From the NCBI RefSeq assembly GCF_034376685.1, contig NZ_JAXMJJ010000012.1:9949-73948 (forward strand): DNA of 64,000 nucleotides, read 5' to 3'. A program made the translations under genes and the position numbers. The notes beneath the pieces are model-generated. The model did no database searches. It was not told where the DNA came from and was given only the letters and a program-made list of their open reading frames with translations. Origin of the DNA: Cypionkella sp. (GTDB lineage Bacteria > Pseudomonadota > Alphaproteobacteria > Rhodobacterales > Rhodobacteraceae). Of this stretch, positions 46,386-55,165 are shown one piece after another. The first letter of the stretch is position 1; every line of letters starts with the position of its first letter.

Positions 46386-47152
46386 GCGCCCTCAGCCAAG
46401 CTTACCGCGCAACCCAAACCCTCCAGCGTGCCCTGCCAGCCAGCGCCCAGCCGCGCATCGGTCAGCACGCGCATGCCAGCGCCCAGATGCGCCACGCCAT
46501 AGGTCAGCTGTGCGCCAAATTTGTCCGCATCCGCCACGATCACCGGCGCTTTCGTCCGCGCCAGCATCAGCGTATTCAGCCGCGCCTCGGCCTCGTCCCG
46601 GCTGGAAATCTCACCCAGAGCGGAAATTCCGCCCGCCCCCAGAAACAACTGATCAAACCACAGCCGCTCCAGCGCGGCTTCGGCCAATGGCCCGACCATC
46701 GAGGCGTTTTGCCGTCGCAGACTGCCGCCCAGCAGCGTCACGCCAATCTCGGCCACTGGCATCAAAACCTGCGCCACCGGCAGGCAATTGGTGAACACCC
46801 GCAGCGGCAGCGGGTTCAGCCGCAAGCGTCGCGCCAGTTGCAGCACCGTGGTTCCGGCATCCAGAAACACCGAAGTTTCTGGCCGCAGCATCTGATACGC
46901 CGCTTCGCCAATCGCGCGTTTGGCGGGCAGGTTGATCTGCTCACGCGACTCGAACGCCACTTCCACGCCCGACGTTCCGGCAATCTGCGCCCCGCCATGC
47001 GTGCGCAGAATTTGCCCCTCAGCCTCCAGCGTCAGCAAATCGCGCCGCACCGTGGGTTCCGACGCCCCCACCGCCGCCGCGATCTGAGCAATCGAGGAGT
47101 AGCCCTTGGCGAAAAGGTGCTGGCGGATGGCGGTGGCGCGATCAATCTTCAT
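46382..47152 (-). CDS. DeoR/GlpR family regulator
   Basis: SEPTVRRDL, RTHGGA, VFLDAGTT, LLGG, ADADKF. Confidence 0.92.
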   Translation of the reverse strand: MKIDRATAIRQHLFAKGYSSIAQIAAAVGASEPTVRRDLLTLEAEGQILRTHGGAQIAGTSGVEVAFESREQINLPAKRAIGEAAYQMLRPETSVFLDAGTTVLQLARRLRLNPLPLRVFTNCLPVAQVLMPVAEIGVTLLGGSLRRQNASMVGPLAEAALERLWFDQLFLGAGGISALGEISSRDEAEARLNTLMLARTKAPVIVADADKFGAQLTYGVAHLGAGMRVLTDARLGAGWQGTLEGLGCAVSLAEGA

Positions 47153-47278
47153 GGCAGGCCTGTTTGAATATGCGGTATTGGAGGCGCAAAAATAATCACT
47201 GTCAATCATCATGGTGATCATTTATGATTTTTTATAGCGACACATTCCGTTCATCTGATCAATGAGGATCAATTTCCA

Positions 47279-48544
47279 ATGTCCACCGCCGCCCTGCTGG
47301 CCTTCGCCCCCGCCCGGAAATCCGGTCAAGTGCTTGCAATCCCGTCGATTTGCTCTGCCCATCCGGTGGTGATCGCCGCCAGTTTTGCGATGGCGCGTGC
47401 GCGCGGCACCCCCGTGCTGATCGAGGCGACCTGCAATCAGGTCAACCACGAGGGCGGCTATACCGGCATGACCCCCGCCGATTTTCGCGGCTTTGTATTG
47501 GATATCGCGGCCGCTGAACGCTTTGATCCGGCGGGCTTGATCCTTGGCGGTGATCATCTGGGGCCGAACCCTTGGACGGCACTGCCAGCCGCACAAGCGA
47601 TGGCAAAGGCCTGCGACATGGTTGCCGCCTACGCGCTGGCCGGGTTTGGCAAGATCCATCTCGACGCCAGCATGTCTTGCGCGGATGATCCCACGCCGCT
47701 GCCCGACGCCACCATCGCCACCCGCAACGCCCAACTCGCCGCTGTCGCCGAAGCGCACAGCCCGACGCCTCCAGTCTATATCATCGGCACCGAAGTCCCC
47801 GTCCCCGGTGGCGCTTGGGAAGAGGTGGAGGGCCTGACACCAACCTCCCCACAGGCGGCCCTCGCCACCGTTGCGCTACAACGCGCGGCCTTCAAAGCCG
47901 CCGGCATCGAGGCCGCTTTCGCGCGCGTGGTGGGGTTGGTTGTGCAACCCGGTGTCGAGTTCGGCAATGAAAACGTCGTCGCCTACAACCGCCCCGCCGC
48001 CCGCGATCTGGTCGCCTGCCTGCCCGACTTACCGATGCTGTTTGAGGCGCATTCCACCGATTACCAGACCCCACAGGCGCTGGCTGATCTGGTGCAAGAC
48101 GGCTTTGGCATCCTGAAAGTCGGCCCCGGCCTGACCTTCGCGTTGCGCGAGGCGCTGTATGGTCTGGATCACATCGCCGATGTGCTGTTCCCCGACCACA
48201 CCCCTTTGCGCGGGGCGATGGAGGCTTTGATGCTGCAAAAGCCGCAGCATTGGGCGAAATACTATCCCGGCACGCCGCTGCACCAGCATTTGCAACGCCA
48301 TTACAGTTATTCCGACCGCATCCGCTATTATTGGACCGATCCGATCGCCAGCGCCGCCGTCGCTGATCTGATGGACCGTTTTGGCGATAAAAACATCCCC
48401 GAGCCGCTGATCTCGCAGCACCTTGGCGCGACCTATGGCGAGGTGATGACAGGCCAAACCGCCAAAACCGCCCCCGCCCTGCTGCGCGCAGCGGTGATGC
48501 GGGCGCTGACGCCTTATTTCGATGCCTGCTATCCTGCGCATTAA
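47279..48544 (+). CDS. GatZ/KbaZ family protein, probable D-tagatose-6-phosphate 4-epimerase
   Basis: SICSAHP, EATCNQVN..GGYTG, GGDHLGPN, KIHLDAS, GTEVPVPGG, QPGVEF, EAHSTDYQ, LKVGP, YSYSDRIRYYW. Confidence 0.9.
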   Translation: MSTAALLAFAPARKSGQVLAIPSICSAHPVVIAASFAMARARGTPVLIEATCNQVNHEGGYTGMTPADFRGFVLDIAAAERFDPAGLILGGDHLGPNPWTALPAAQAMAKACDMVAAYALAGFGKIHLDASMSCADDPTPLPDATIATRNAQLAAVAEAHSPTPPVYIIGTEVPVPGGAWEEVEGLTPTSPQAALATVALQRAAFKAAGIEAAFARVVGLVVQPGVEFGNENVVAYNRPAARDLVACLPDLPMLFEAHSTDYQTPQALADLVQDGFGILKVGPGLTFALREALYGLDHIADVLFPDHTPLRGAMEALMLQKPQHWAKYYPGTPLHQHLQRHYSYSDRIRYYWTDPIASAAVADLMDRFGDKNIPEPLISQHLGATYGEVMTGQTAKTAPALLRAAVMRALTPYFDACYPAH

Positions 48545-48559
48545 TCCGCCAAAGCGGCT

Positions 48560-48602
48560 GCCACCAGCAAATTGAAACCTGATCTCTGGATTTGCTGGTG
48601 GC
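48560..48602. terminator. 13-bp inverted repeat that includes the tRNA 3' end (native downstream hairpin of tRNA-Met)
   Basis: GCCACCAGCAAAT (48560-48572) and ATTTGCTGGTGGC (48590-48602). Confidence 0.6.
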
Positions 48603-48618
48603 GAGAGAGAGACTCGAA
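48596..48618. repeat. att site: duplicated tRNA-Met 3' fragment
   Basis: TGGTGGCGAGAGAGAGACTCGAA versus TGGTGGCGAGAGAGAGACTTGAA at 61832-61854. Confidence 0.95.
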
Positions 48619-48675
48619 ACGAAGCGGGCATACACGCCAATAATCGTTGACAATCTTATGCTTAGGCGGCATCTT

Positions 48676-48699
48676 TTGGTAGGAATGGTTGGTAGGAAT
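48676..48699 (+). promoter_or_regulatory. Integrase arm-type sites, left (TTGGTAGGAAT x2)
   Basis: Copies at 48676 and 48689, 13-bp period; identical pair at 61735 and 61748. Confidence 0.8.
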
Positions 48700-48710
48700 A
48701 GGTTCGCAAA

Positions 48711-50072
48711 TTGGCACGAAAGACAGCAAAGGCGCTGCCCCGCCTGCTCAGATTGAAGGGGCAGACGTTCTGGTTTGCGCGGGATTTGCCCGCCGATTGC
48801 CGACCGATCTTTGGCAAGAAAACATGGCTGACGAATCTAGGGACTGCAGACATCAAGATCGCCGTTCAACGGCGCGATACGCTTGAAGCCGAAACCACGC
48901 AGGCCTTTGCAGCAATGCGCGCGGGGACTTGGAACCCCTCTGAGGCCCTCTCTCCTGCCGCCCGTGGCGAACTCTACCGCGAGACGCTCTTGGCCCTTTC
49001 GAGCGGCTCAGAGGCGGACCCAGATGCGTTGGAGTTGGCAGTGTATGCGGCTGAGTCTGAGCGCGATGCCTACCGTGGGCCGCAAAAGGGGGCCTTCGGG
49101 GATGCCTTGAAGGGCAGCGTGGAGGTGGATCGCCATATCGACGCCTACCTCATCACAATCGCCAAGCTGGCGCCTGCAACCATCCGGGGCATGAAAGGGC
49201 ATATTCTGCAGTTCGCGCGCTGGGCTTCTGAAAAGAAGTTGCGCCTTGATGCTGTGAGCAGACGAATAGCGGGTCAGTATGTCACGGCGGTTATCGACCC
49301 CATGCACCCAAAGACTGCCGCAGCACATCTTGGCTCATTACGGGCGTATTGGGGGTTCCTGCATAGAAGGGGCCACATCGTTGGTGCTGATGCGAAGGGC
49401 GGGCCGTGGGCGGACCAACAGATTGAGGTGAAGGGCAAAAGGGTCGAGCGCGGCGACAAAGATGAAGCACGCCCCTTCACCGTGGATGAGGTGCGAACAC
49501 TCCTCTATTCTCCTTTTCCCCCTCGCATGGCAGCGGAATTTGCGCCTCAACTCATTGACGCTCTGACAATCTCTCTTCTTTCAGGTATGCGCCAAGAAGA
49601 GATTGCAACGCTTTGGGTCGAGGAAGTCCGTGATGGGGTCTTTGACATTCAGCAGGGGAAGACTACCGCCGCCGCGCGCCCGGTTCCCATCCACCCTTCC
49701 CTTCTCGAAATAGTCAAACGCAGGACCGAGGGAAAGGGGCCAAAGGATTGGCTGTTCCACGAACTCACCGAAGAACGTGACGCGGGCGATATTCTAGGAA
49801 AGAGGTTCCGCCGCTACCGTGTCGCTCTGGGCGTTGATGATATGAGAGAAGGCAAGCGGCGGAGTCTTGTGACGTTCCATTCCGCCCGTCACTGGTTTGC
49901 ATATAATGCCAGCATTTCGGGACAGCATGAGAACACCATTGGCAGCGTGATCGGGCATCGTCCTGACAAAAAGAAGATCACATTTGGGGTTTACATCAAG
50001 GGTATCTCCGAGGAGCAAAGGCAGGCTTGTGTGGAGGTCGTTCAACTGCCCGCGCGCATCAATGCGGCTTAA
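48711..50072 (+). CDS. Tyrosine recombinase/integrase with DUF6538-like N-terminal arm-binding domain
   Basis: Catalytic R (SGMRQEEI), K (GKT), HxxR (FHSARH), H (IGH), Y (FGVY); N-terminal FWFARDLP..LGT.D; TTG start. Confidence 0.93.
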   Translation: MARKTAKALPRLLRLKGQTFWFARDLPADCRPIFGKKTWLTNLGTADIKIAVQRRDTLEAETTQAFAAMRAGTWNPSEALSPAARGELYRETLLALSSGSEADPDALELAVYAAESERDAYRGPQKGAFGDALKGSVEVDRHIDAYLITIAKLAPATIRGMKGHILQFARWASEKKLRLDAVSRRIAGQYVTAVIDPMHPKTAAAHLGSLRAYWGFLHRRGHIVGADAKGGPWADQQIEVKGKRVERGDKDEARPFTVDEVRTLLYSPFPPRMAAEFAPQLIDALTISLLSGMRQEEIATLWVEEVRDGVFDIQQGKTTAAARPVPIHPSLLEIVKRRTEGKGPKDWLFHELTEERDAGDILGKRFRRYRVALGVDDMREGKRRSLVTFHSARHWFAYNASISGQHENTIGSVIGHRPDKKKITFGVYIKGISEEQRQACVEVVQLPARINAA

Positions 50073-50086
50073 CTAGAAGAACGCTC

Positions 50087-50629
50087 TCAGTCGATGAACC
50101 TATTGGCCTGTGCCTTTTCAGCTTCGGCCTTCGCAAGTCTATCAACTTCCCCGTTCATGGTATCTCCGGCATGGCCTTTGACCCATTCCCATGTGATGCT
50201 GCGCCCTTCGGAAAGCCGGATAAGTTCTTCCCATAGTTCTCGGTTCTCGACGGGCTTGCCCTTGGCTTTCTTCCAGCCCTTCGCAATCCAGCCGGGAAGC
50301 CATTCCGTCATGCCCCGCACAATTATTAGGTTGTCGCTGCGGATTGTGATGGGCGCTGTTTCATCGCTTCGCAGGAAGCCCAGCGCCTTGATGATGGCCA
50401 TCATTTCCATCCGCATGTTAGTCGTGGCCTTGTCGCCCCCGCTGATACTGCGGTGCGCAGTCTGGCCCTCGCTGCTGTATCGCCGCAGAGTTGCAGCCCA
50501 GCCACCGGGGCCGGGGTTCCCTAGGCAAGAGCCATCGGCGTAAATCAGTATGCTGGTCTGGCCCTTGGGCTGGTCACTGCATTGGGTTGCGGCTGCGCTG
50601 GGCTTGGTCATGGTCGTTAAAGTCGTCAT
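50087..50629 (-). CDS. rnhA: Ribonuclease HI
   Basis: YADGSCLGNPGPGGW, TTNMRMEM, IRSD, ENRELW, WVKGHAG, EVDRLA: all four acidic catalytic positions and the basic protrusion (GWKKAKGKPV) are present. Confidence 0.92.
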   Translation of the reverse strand: MTTLTTMTKPSAAATQCSDQPKGQTSILIYADGSCLGNPGPGGWAATLRRYSSEGQTAHRSISGGDKATTNMRMEMMAIIKALGFLRSDETAPITIRSDNLIIVRGMTEWLPGWIAKGWKKAKGKPVENRELWEELIRLSEGRSITWEWVKGHAGDTMNGEVDRLAKAEAEKAQANRFID

Positions 50630-50759
50630 GGTGTTGGTTCTTTCGGGTGTATGCAGACGATGCCTCTCAGTCCCCGTCAGCGGGTTGCTGGGGGTTGTTG
50701 CATCATGCTGGTGGGGGAGGTTGCGCCGAAGCGCGGGGGCCGTCAGAAACGACGTAGGG

Positions 50760-50774
50760 TGTCCGATTCGGACA
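50760..50774. promoter_or_regulatory. 15-bp palindrome, candidate protein-binding site
   Basis: TGTCCGA-T-TCGGACA, 25 bp downstream of the ParB-like gene. Confidence 0.4.
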
Positions 50775-50798
50775 TGTCAGGGTGAACAGGTAGGAAAC

Positions 50799-51641
50799 TC
50801 AAAAGTCCTCGTTGCCGCTCTCTTTCGGCTGCACCAGTGGGTGTTGTTCTGGGTTGTCGCTGAACTCATCTTCATCATAGAGGCAGCCGCCTGACATCGC
50901 AGCTTTGAACCGGGGTTGTCCAAGTCCTCCGCGCCACGATAAGCCAAACTCCTCCGGCGTGGGCCTTCGGTCGAACTCAGCTTTGAACGCCTTCTCCGTT
51001 TCCTTAAGCGACTTCAAAAGCCAAGCGATGCGCGCCTGTTTGGCCGCGTCACTGTCATCTTCGGGCTGGCCCTCCGGCTTGTTGCCGTTACGATCACGCC
51101 ACCAGTTGCCGCTGGGTGTTGTCCCTGCTTTGCTCAATTCAGCCCACCGCTTTCGCATTGCGCCGACCGTGCTTGTGCTGACAGTTGATGCCTGCACAAT
51201 CTGCCGTTTAGATGCCCCGGCTTCAATCACCAGACCCCAAGCATATTGGGTGCATTCGGCAGTGGTCCACGGAAAGGTTGTCTTAGCGTTGTCCTTCGCG
51301 GCCTCTAATCGGGCATCTTTACGCTCCCCCTGAAAGATGATCGCGGGAATGTCGAAAACCCGATTGAAGCGGTAAGCAGCAATGCGGTGGCGGCCATCAA
51401 GAATGATCAGCTTGCCCGTCCCCGGTTCGGCCCAGACTTTGATAGGGTCAAGATCACCGCAGTTGCGAAGCGCGCGGGCAAGGTCGTGAACATGGTTCTT
51501 GGCGGTTCCTGAGCGGGGCGTGAAGGCTGGGTCATATGTGAGGCTGTCCAGCGCAAGCCTAATCACGGCTGCTCTGGCAGGTAATAAGGGCGTCTCCGGC
51601 TGGTCGGTTGCCGGGGCGCTGGGCTTGACGGTATCATTCAT
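50799..51641 (-). CDS. ParB/Srx N-terminal domain protein with HTH
   Basis: LDPIKV, IILDGRHRIAA (GxxR motif), DN, HTH-like SKRQIVQASTVSTSTVGAMRK. Confidence 0.82.
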   Translation of the reverse strand: MNDTVKPSAPATDQPETPLLPARAAVIRLALDSLTYDPAFTPRSGTAKNHVHDLARALRNCGDLDPIKVWAEPGTGKLIILDGRHRIAAYRFNRVFDIPAIIFQGERKDARLEAAKDNAKTTFPWTTAECTQYAWGLVIEAGASKRQIVQASTVSTSTVGAMRKRWAELSKAGTTPSGNWWRDRNGNKPEGQPEDDSDAAKQARIAWLLKSLKETEKAFKAEFDRRPTPEEFGLSWRGGLGQPRFKAAMSGGCLYDEDEFSDNPEQHPLVQPKESGNEDF

Positions 51642-51663
51642 GGTGTAGCCTTTCGGGCATGAG

Positions 51664-51691
51664 AAAAAGCCCCGCCGGATTGGGTGGGGCT
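51664..51691 (-). terminator. Intrinsic terminator immediately upstream of the ParB-like gene
   Basis: Minus strand AGCCCCACC-caatc-CGGCGGGGCT-TTTTCT. Confidence 0.6.
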
Positions 51692-51824
51692 GTGGGATGG
51701 GGGCAAGCAGGATTTGTTATGGCTGGGGTGGGGGTGAATTGAATTGTGGCGCGACCCTGCCGTTTGCCCCAAGTTCGTGAGTGCGCTTGGTTGCGGCGCG
51801 CGACGTGCAGTCCTCTCGCCGTGA

Positions 51825-51919
51825 AGCGTTGAGCGTTGAGCGTTGAGCGTTGAGCGTTGAGCGTTGAGCGTTGAGCGTTGAGCGTTGAGCGTTGAGCGTT
51901 GAGCGTTGAGCGTTGAGCG
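51825..51919. repeat. Perfect heptamer tandem repeat (AGCGTTG) x13 plus partial
   Basis: 13 exact units at 51825-51915 plus AGCG, counted by hand. Confidence 0.97.
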
Positions 51920-52146
51920 GGTTTATCTGGGCTAGGGTGTGGGTGAAACGAAATTGCGGTGGGCGCAGCGCAGCATGTTAAAGCTAGGAGGTTTCCTAGG
52001 CCTCCATACTGCGACCTTCGCGGGCACGAGAGGCAAGATTTCGTTAATGCCGAAGGTATGTCGACCGGGACAGTCCCGCCCTATTACAGGCTTCTCTCGT
52101 TGGGTTTCTTTGTTTACGGTAGTCGGAACTACTGAAGGAGTGAGTT

Positions 52147-54111
52147 GTGGCGGAAACAGGCTGGCTATCAGACCCAATCGGCAGGATTAGTAATCTGTCC
52201 CTCGCTCCCTCTCCAAAGAATACGCTTCAGCCGATGTTTGAAGCGCTTATGAACTCCATACACGCCATTGAAGAAAGATTTGGAAGAGATCACCTTGCGT
52301 CAGGTATCATCGACATCGAGATAACCCAAAATGAAGCCGGGGGCTACACGGGTTTCATCGTCAGCGACAATGGGGCGGGTCTCAACACCGAAAATATGAC
52401 TTCGTTTAGGAAGTCCGATTCGATGAAAAAGGTAAAGTTCGGTGGTAAGGGTGTTGGCAGGCTGCTCTGGCTAAAGGTAGCGGACAGGATAGAGATCACC
52501 AGTACGTTTGGACATGTCGATGGCCTACAATCTATCAGTTTCGACTTCATAGCGGACGCGACAACACCCATTGCCAATTTGGTAGAAGCCACAGCTTCGG
52601 GTGATGTTGGCACCGTAGTTCGGCTCACTCCGTTAAAAACGGCTTATTCCAACCATATCCCCGTGAAGCTGGAAACAATAGCGGTGAGAACCGTCGCTCA
52701 CTTCATTAATTACTTTGTAAACATCGATTGCCCTAAAATTACTTTGTTCGATAACCAAAAGCGCATCGTGCTGTTCGACAAATTCGCTGAAGACGTCATT
52801 CGAGATGAAAAGTATCCGGTATTGACTATGGTAGACGGCGAGACGAGAGACCTATCGTTGAATTGTTTTTTGGTGCCAAGGAACTACTCTGATGATGAGA
52901 AGGGCACCAACGGTCTATTCTTCGGTGCCCACGGGCGCGCAGTCACGCGATATGATATGGATGGAGTCATTGGGCTTAAGGCTATTGAAGAAAAGTATGC
53001 CTTCTTTGGTTACTTGGAAGGACAGATACTCAATGACGCCGTGAACGATACTCGCACTGAGTTTTCCCTAAGTGAGGATACGATTGATGAACTTAAAAGG
53101 GAATGTATTAGCAAGATTCACGTTTTTCTAAAGGATGAGATTGCACGCGTCCGCGAACGTCAGCTTGAGACGATTATCGTCGTGCGAAACGAACACCTGA
53201 GATTCTACAATATTGCGAAGAACCCAGAGGAGATAGCCGAAAAACTTTCTCTCGGCACCCAAAAGGAAGAAGATATATTCGTTGAGATGTCACGACACTC
53301 TCTGAGGCAGTATAAGAAAGCACGTAGGGAGTTCAGCGAGGCCAAGAAAAAGGGACTTCCCGATATCGAGCAAAGGGCCAAGGAATATGTGGCGGAGCTT
53401 CAAGATGAATCCCTGTCGTCGTTGGCCGAATACGTCTACAAGAGGAAATTACTTCTAGATATATTTGAGGAGAAGATTGGTTTCGCCGATATCGAAACTG
53501 AGAAGGCTCACTACGAACGGGTAGTCCACGATTTAATATGTCCTCTGGGGTCCACCAAAAGCGATCTGAACTACGAAGACCACAATCTTTGGGTCATTGA
53601 TGATCGATTGGCTTTCTATTCATACTTTAACTCCGACAAGCAATTAAAGGCACAGTCTCCTAGTACGGATATTCGTCGTCCAGACGTGACATTGTTTGAT
53701 CTTGGCATGGGTTTTGACAAGGGCTCCTCGCAGGAACCAATAACAATTATTGAATTCAAGCGCCCGAAACGTAACGACTACACTATGGCGGACAACCCAT
53801 TTACGCAGGTCCAAGATTATGTGAAAGAACTTCGCAAGGCAGGTGAGGCGTGTCGTTTCGATGGAAAAACTATACGTGTAATCGATTCTGATGCACCGTT
53901 TATGTGTCAGATCATCGCGGATGATACTCCCAGTCTTCGTGATGTTATGGACAGGCTCAATGGTTTCTATAAAAAGGCAGGATCAAAATCCTACTATCGC
54001 TGGGATAGTCACTTCAAAATATTTATGGAAGTGACATCATATTCCGACCTCATTTCGGGTGCCAAAGCTCGCCATGCGGCTTTCTTTGAAAAGCTGGGAA
54101 TACAGTCTTAG
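52147..54111 (+). CDS. GHKL (MORC/MutL-like) ATPase fused to a C-terminal PD-(D/E)xK nuclease-like domain
   Basis: N-box EALMN, G1 DNGAG, G2 GGKGVG, G3 GTVV; helical middle region; then YERVVHDLI...RRPD...IIEFKRP...QVQDY. AT-richer than the host genes. Confidence 0.8.
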   Translation: MAETGWLSDPIGRISNLSLAPSPKNTLQPMFEALMNSIHAIEERFGRDHLASGIIDIEITQNEAGGYTGFIVSDNGAGLNTENMTSFRKSDSMKKVKFGGKGVGRLLWLKVADRIEITSTFGHVDGLQSISFDFIADATTPIANLVEATASGDVGTVVRLTPLKTAYSNHIPVKLETIAVRTVAHFINYFVNIDCPKITLFDNQKRIVLFDKFAEDVIRDEKYPVLTMVDGETRDLSLNCFLVPRNYSDDEKGTNGLFFGAHGRAVTRYDMDGVIGLKAIEEKYAFFGYLEGQILNDAVNDTRTEFSLSEDTIDELKRECISKIHVFLKDEIARVRERQLETIIVVRNEHLRFYNIAKNPEEIAEKLSLGTQKEEDIFVEMSRHSLRQYKKARREFSEAKKKGLPDIEQRAKEYVAELQDESLSSLAEYVYKRKLLLDIFEEKIGFADIETEKAHYERVVHDLICPLGSTKSDLNYEDHNLWVIDDRLAFYSYFNSDKQLKAQSPSTDIRRPDVTLFDLGMGFDKGSSQEPITIIEFKRPKRNDYTMADNPFTQVQDYVKELRKAGEACRFDGKTIRVIDSDAPFMCQIIADDTPSLRDVMDRLNGFYKKAGSKSYYRWDSHFKIFMEVTSYSDLISGAKARHAAFFEKLGIQS

Positions 54112-54170
54112 GCGGGCTGGCAAGGGTGGAGATTAAAGGCCTGCTTTAACCGATACGCCCACCCGCACTG

Positions 54171-54821
54171 TCACGCCTTGGAATTTTCCGTCCACTTCAC
54201 CAGTACGGCCTCCGCCCCCGGCAGATCATCCCGAAGCCGCTGCACGGTGGGCCGCGTCAAGCCTGTTGCCTTGGCGATAGCGGAAGCCCCGACACCCTGA
54301 GAAAGCATGTCTCGCATCATGTCGAGCTGTTCCCGTGAGTAGCTGGGCTTCCTGCCACGATACTTGCTGGGGTCTGCGGCTTTGTGATGGGCAATACCTG
54401 CCTTCTGTGCCTCTTTGGTGGCCTCAGCCTGAGCCTGTGCCGTTGCCGCCATGAAGCCTATCAGCGCGTCCCTCACTGCCATCTGCATTACGTCTTTCGT
54501 GGCCCCGTCAAAGGTTTGGTTGTTGATCACTGTTCGGATGATAACGCCGCGCTTCATAAGGGCCTTGATGGTATCGGTCACATCTTCATAGTTGCGGCCA
54601 AGGCGATCAACCCAACGCACGACAAGCGTGTCCCCGGCTCTGAGTAGATCAAACAACCGCTTGCCCTCGGTTCTCTCAGCAAGCCGGGTAGAAACCCCAG
54701 ATACGCCATGATCGGTGACAACTAGGTCAATCTTGAACCCCGCCGCCTCTGCCTGCGTCTTCTGGTGATCACTGCTATGTTATAACGAGCTAACGCGGGC
54801 ATAAAGGATGGTTTGGGACAT
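54171..54821 (-). pseudogene. Serine recombinase (resolvase/invertase) with in-frame nonsense codon
   Basis: ATG 54821 reads MSQTILYARVSSL, then TAA (54782-54780), then continues in frame HSSDHQ...DHGVSG...RPEG-like RTEG..LFDLLRAGDTLVVRWVDRLGR; C-terminal HTH. Confidence 0.88.
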
Positions 54822-55165
54822 TGGGCAATCTCCTGCCAGAAAGGGTTATGCCCACATAGATACATGCCAACAAAGCTATGTCAACCCTAGTGGGCACCCT
54901 TTCGGTCCCCTTTATGAATGCCCGCGAGGGCATACCCTGTGGGCGCTGTGCATGTCACAAGGACGCCCTGCCGAACAAAAGCTGTACGTGAGGGTATTGT
55001 GAAGGCCTCGCTGATTTGTCCCTCATGTCAGCACAGACGAAAGCGCGGGAAGATCGTTCACGGGCCGACGGGGGAGGTGGAGTTGCCTCATGTACTATCT
55101 GCGGGTCACGGAAATTTCCGACGAAATATTCCAGCGTCCATGGCCCTTGATGAATGGGAAGTCAG

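Noticed and set aside
243-48653. Many long antisense or alternate-frame ORFs in the track (e.g. 243-1556, 1570-2823, 8119-9330, 11707-12714, 19638-21365, 27912-29036, 30197-31261, 32389-33594)
   Set aside because: They overlap well-supported genes, carry no family motifs and are the expected shadow ORFs of high-GC coding DNA.
51825-51919. CRISPR array
   Set aside because: Contiguous 7-bp units with no spacers, and no cas genes.
51932-52190. Small ORFs 51932-52177 (-) and 51939-52190 (+)
   Set aside because: No motifs, they overlap each other and the ATPase start, and are most likely promoter region.
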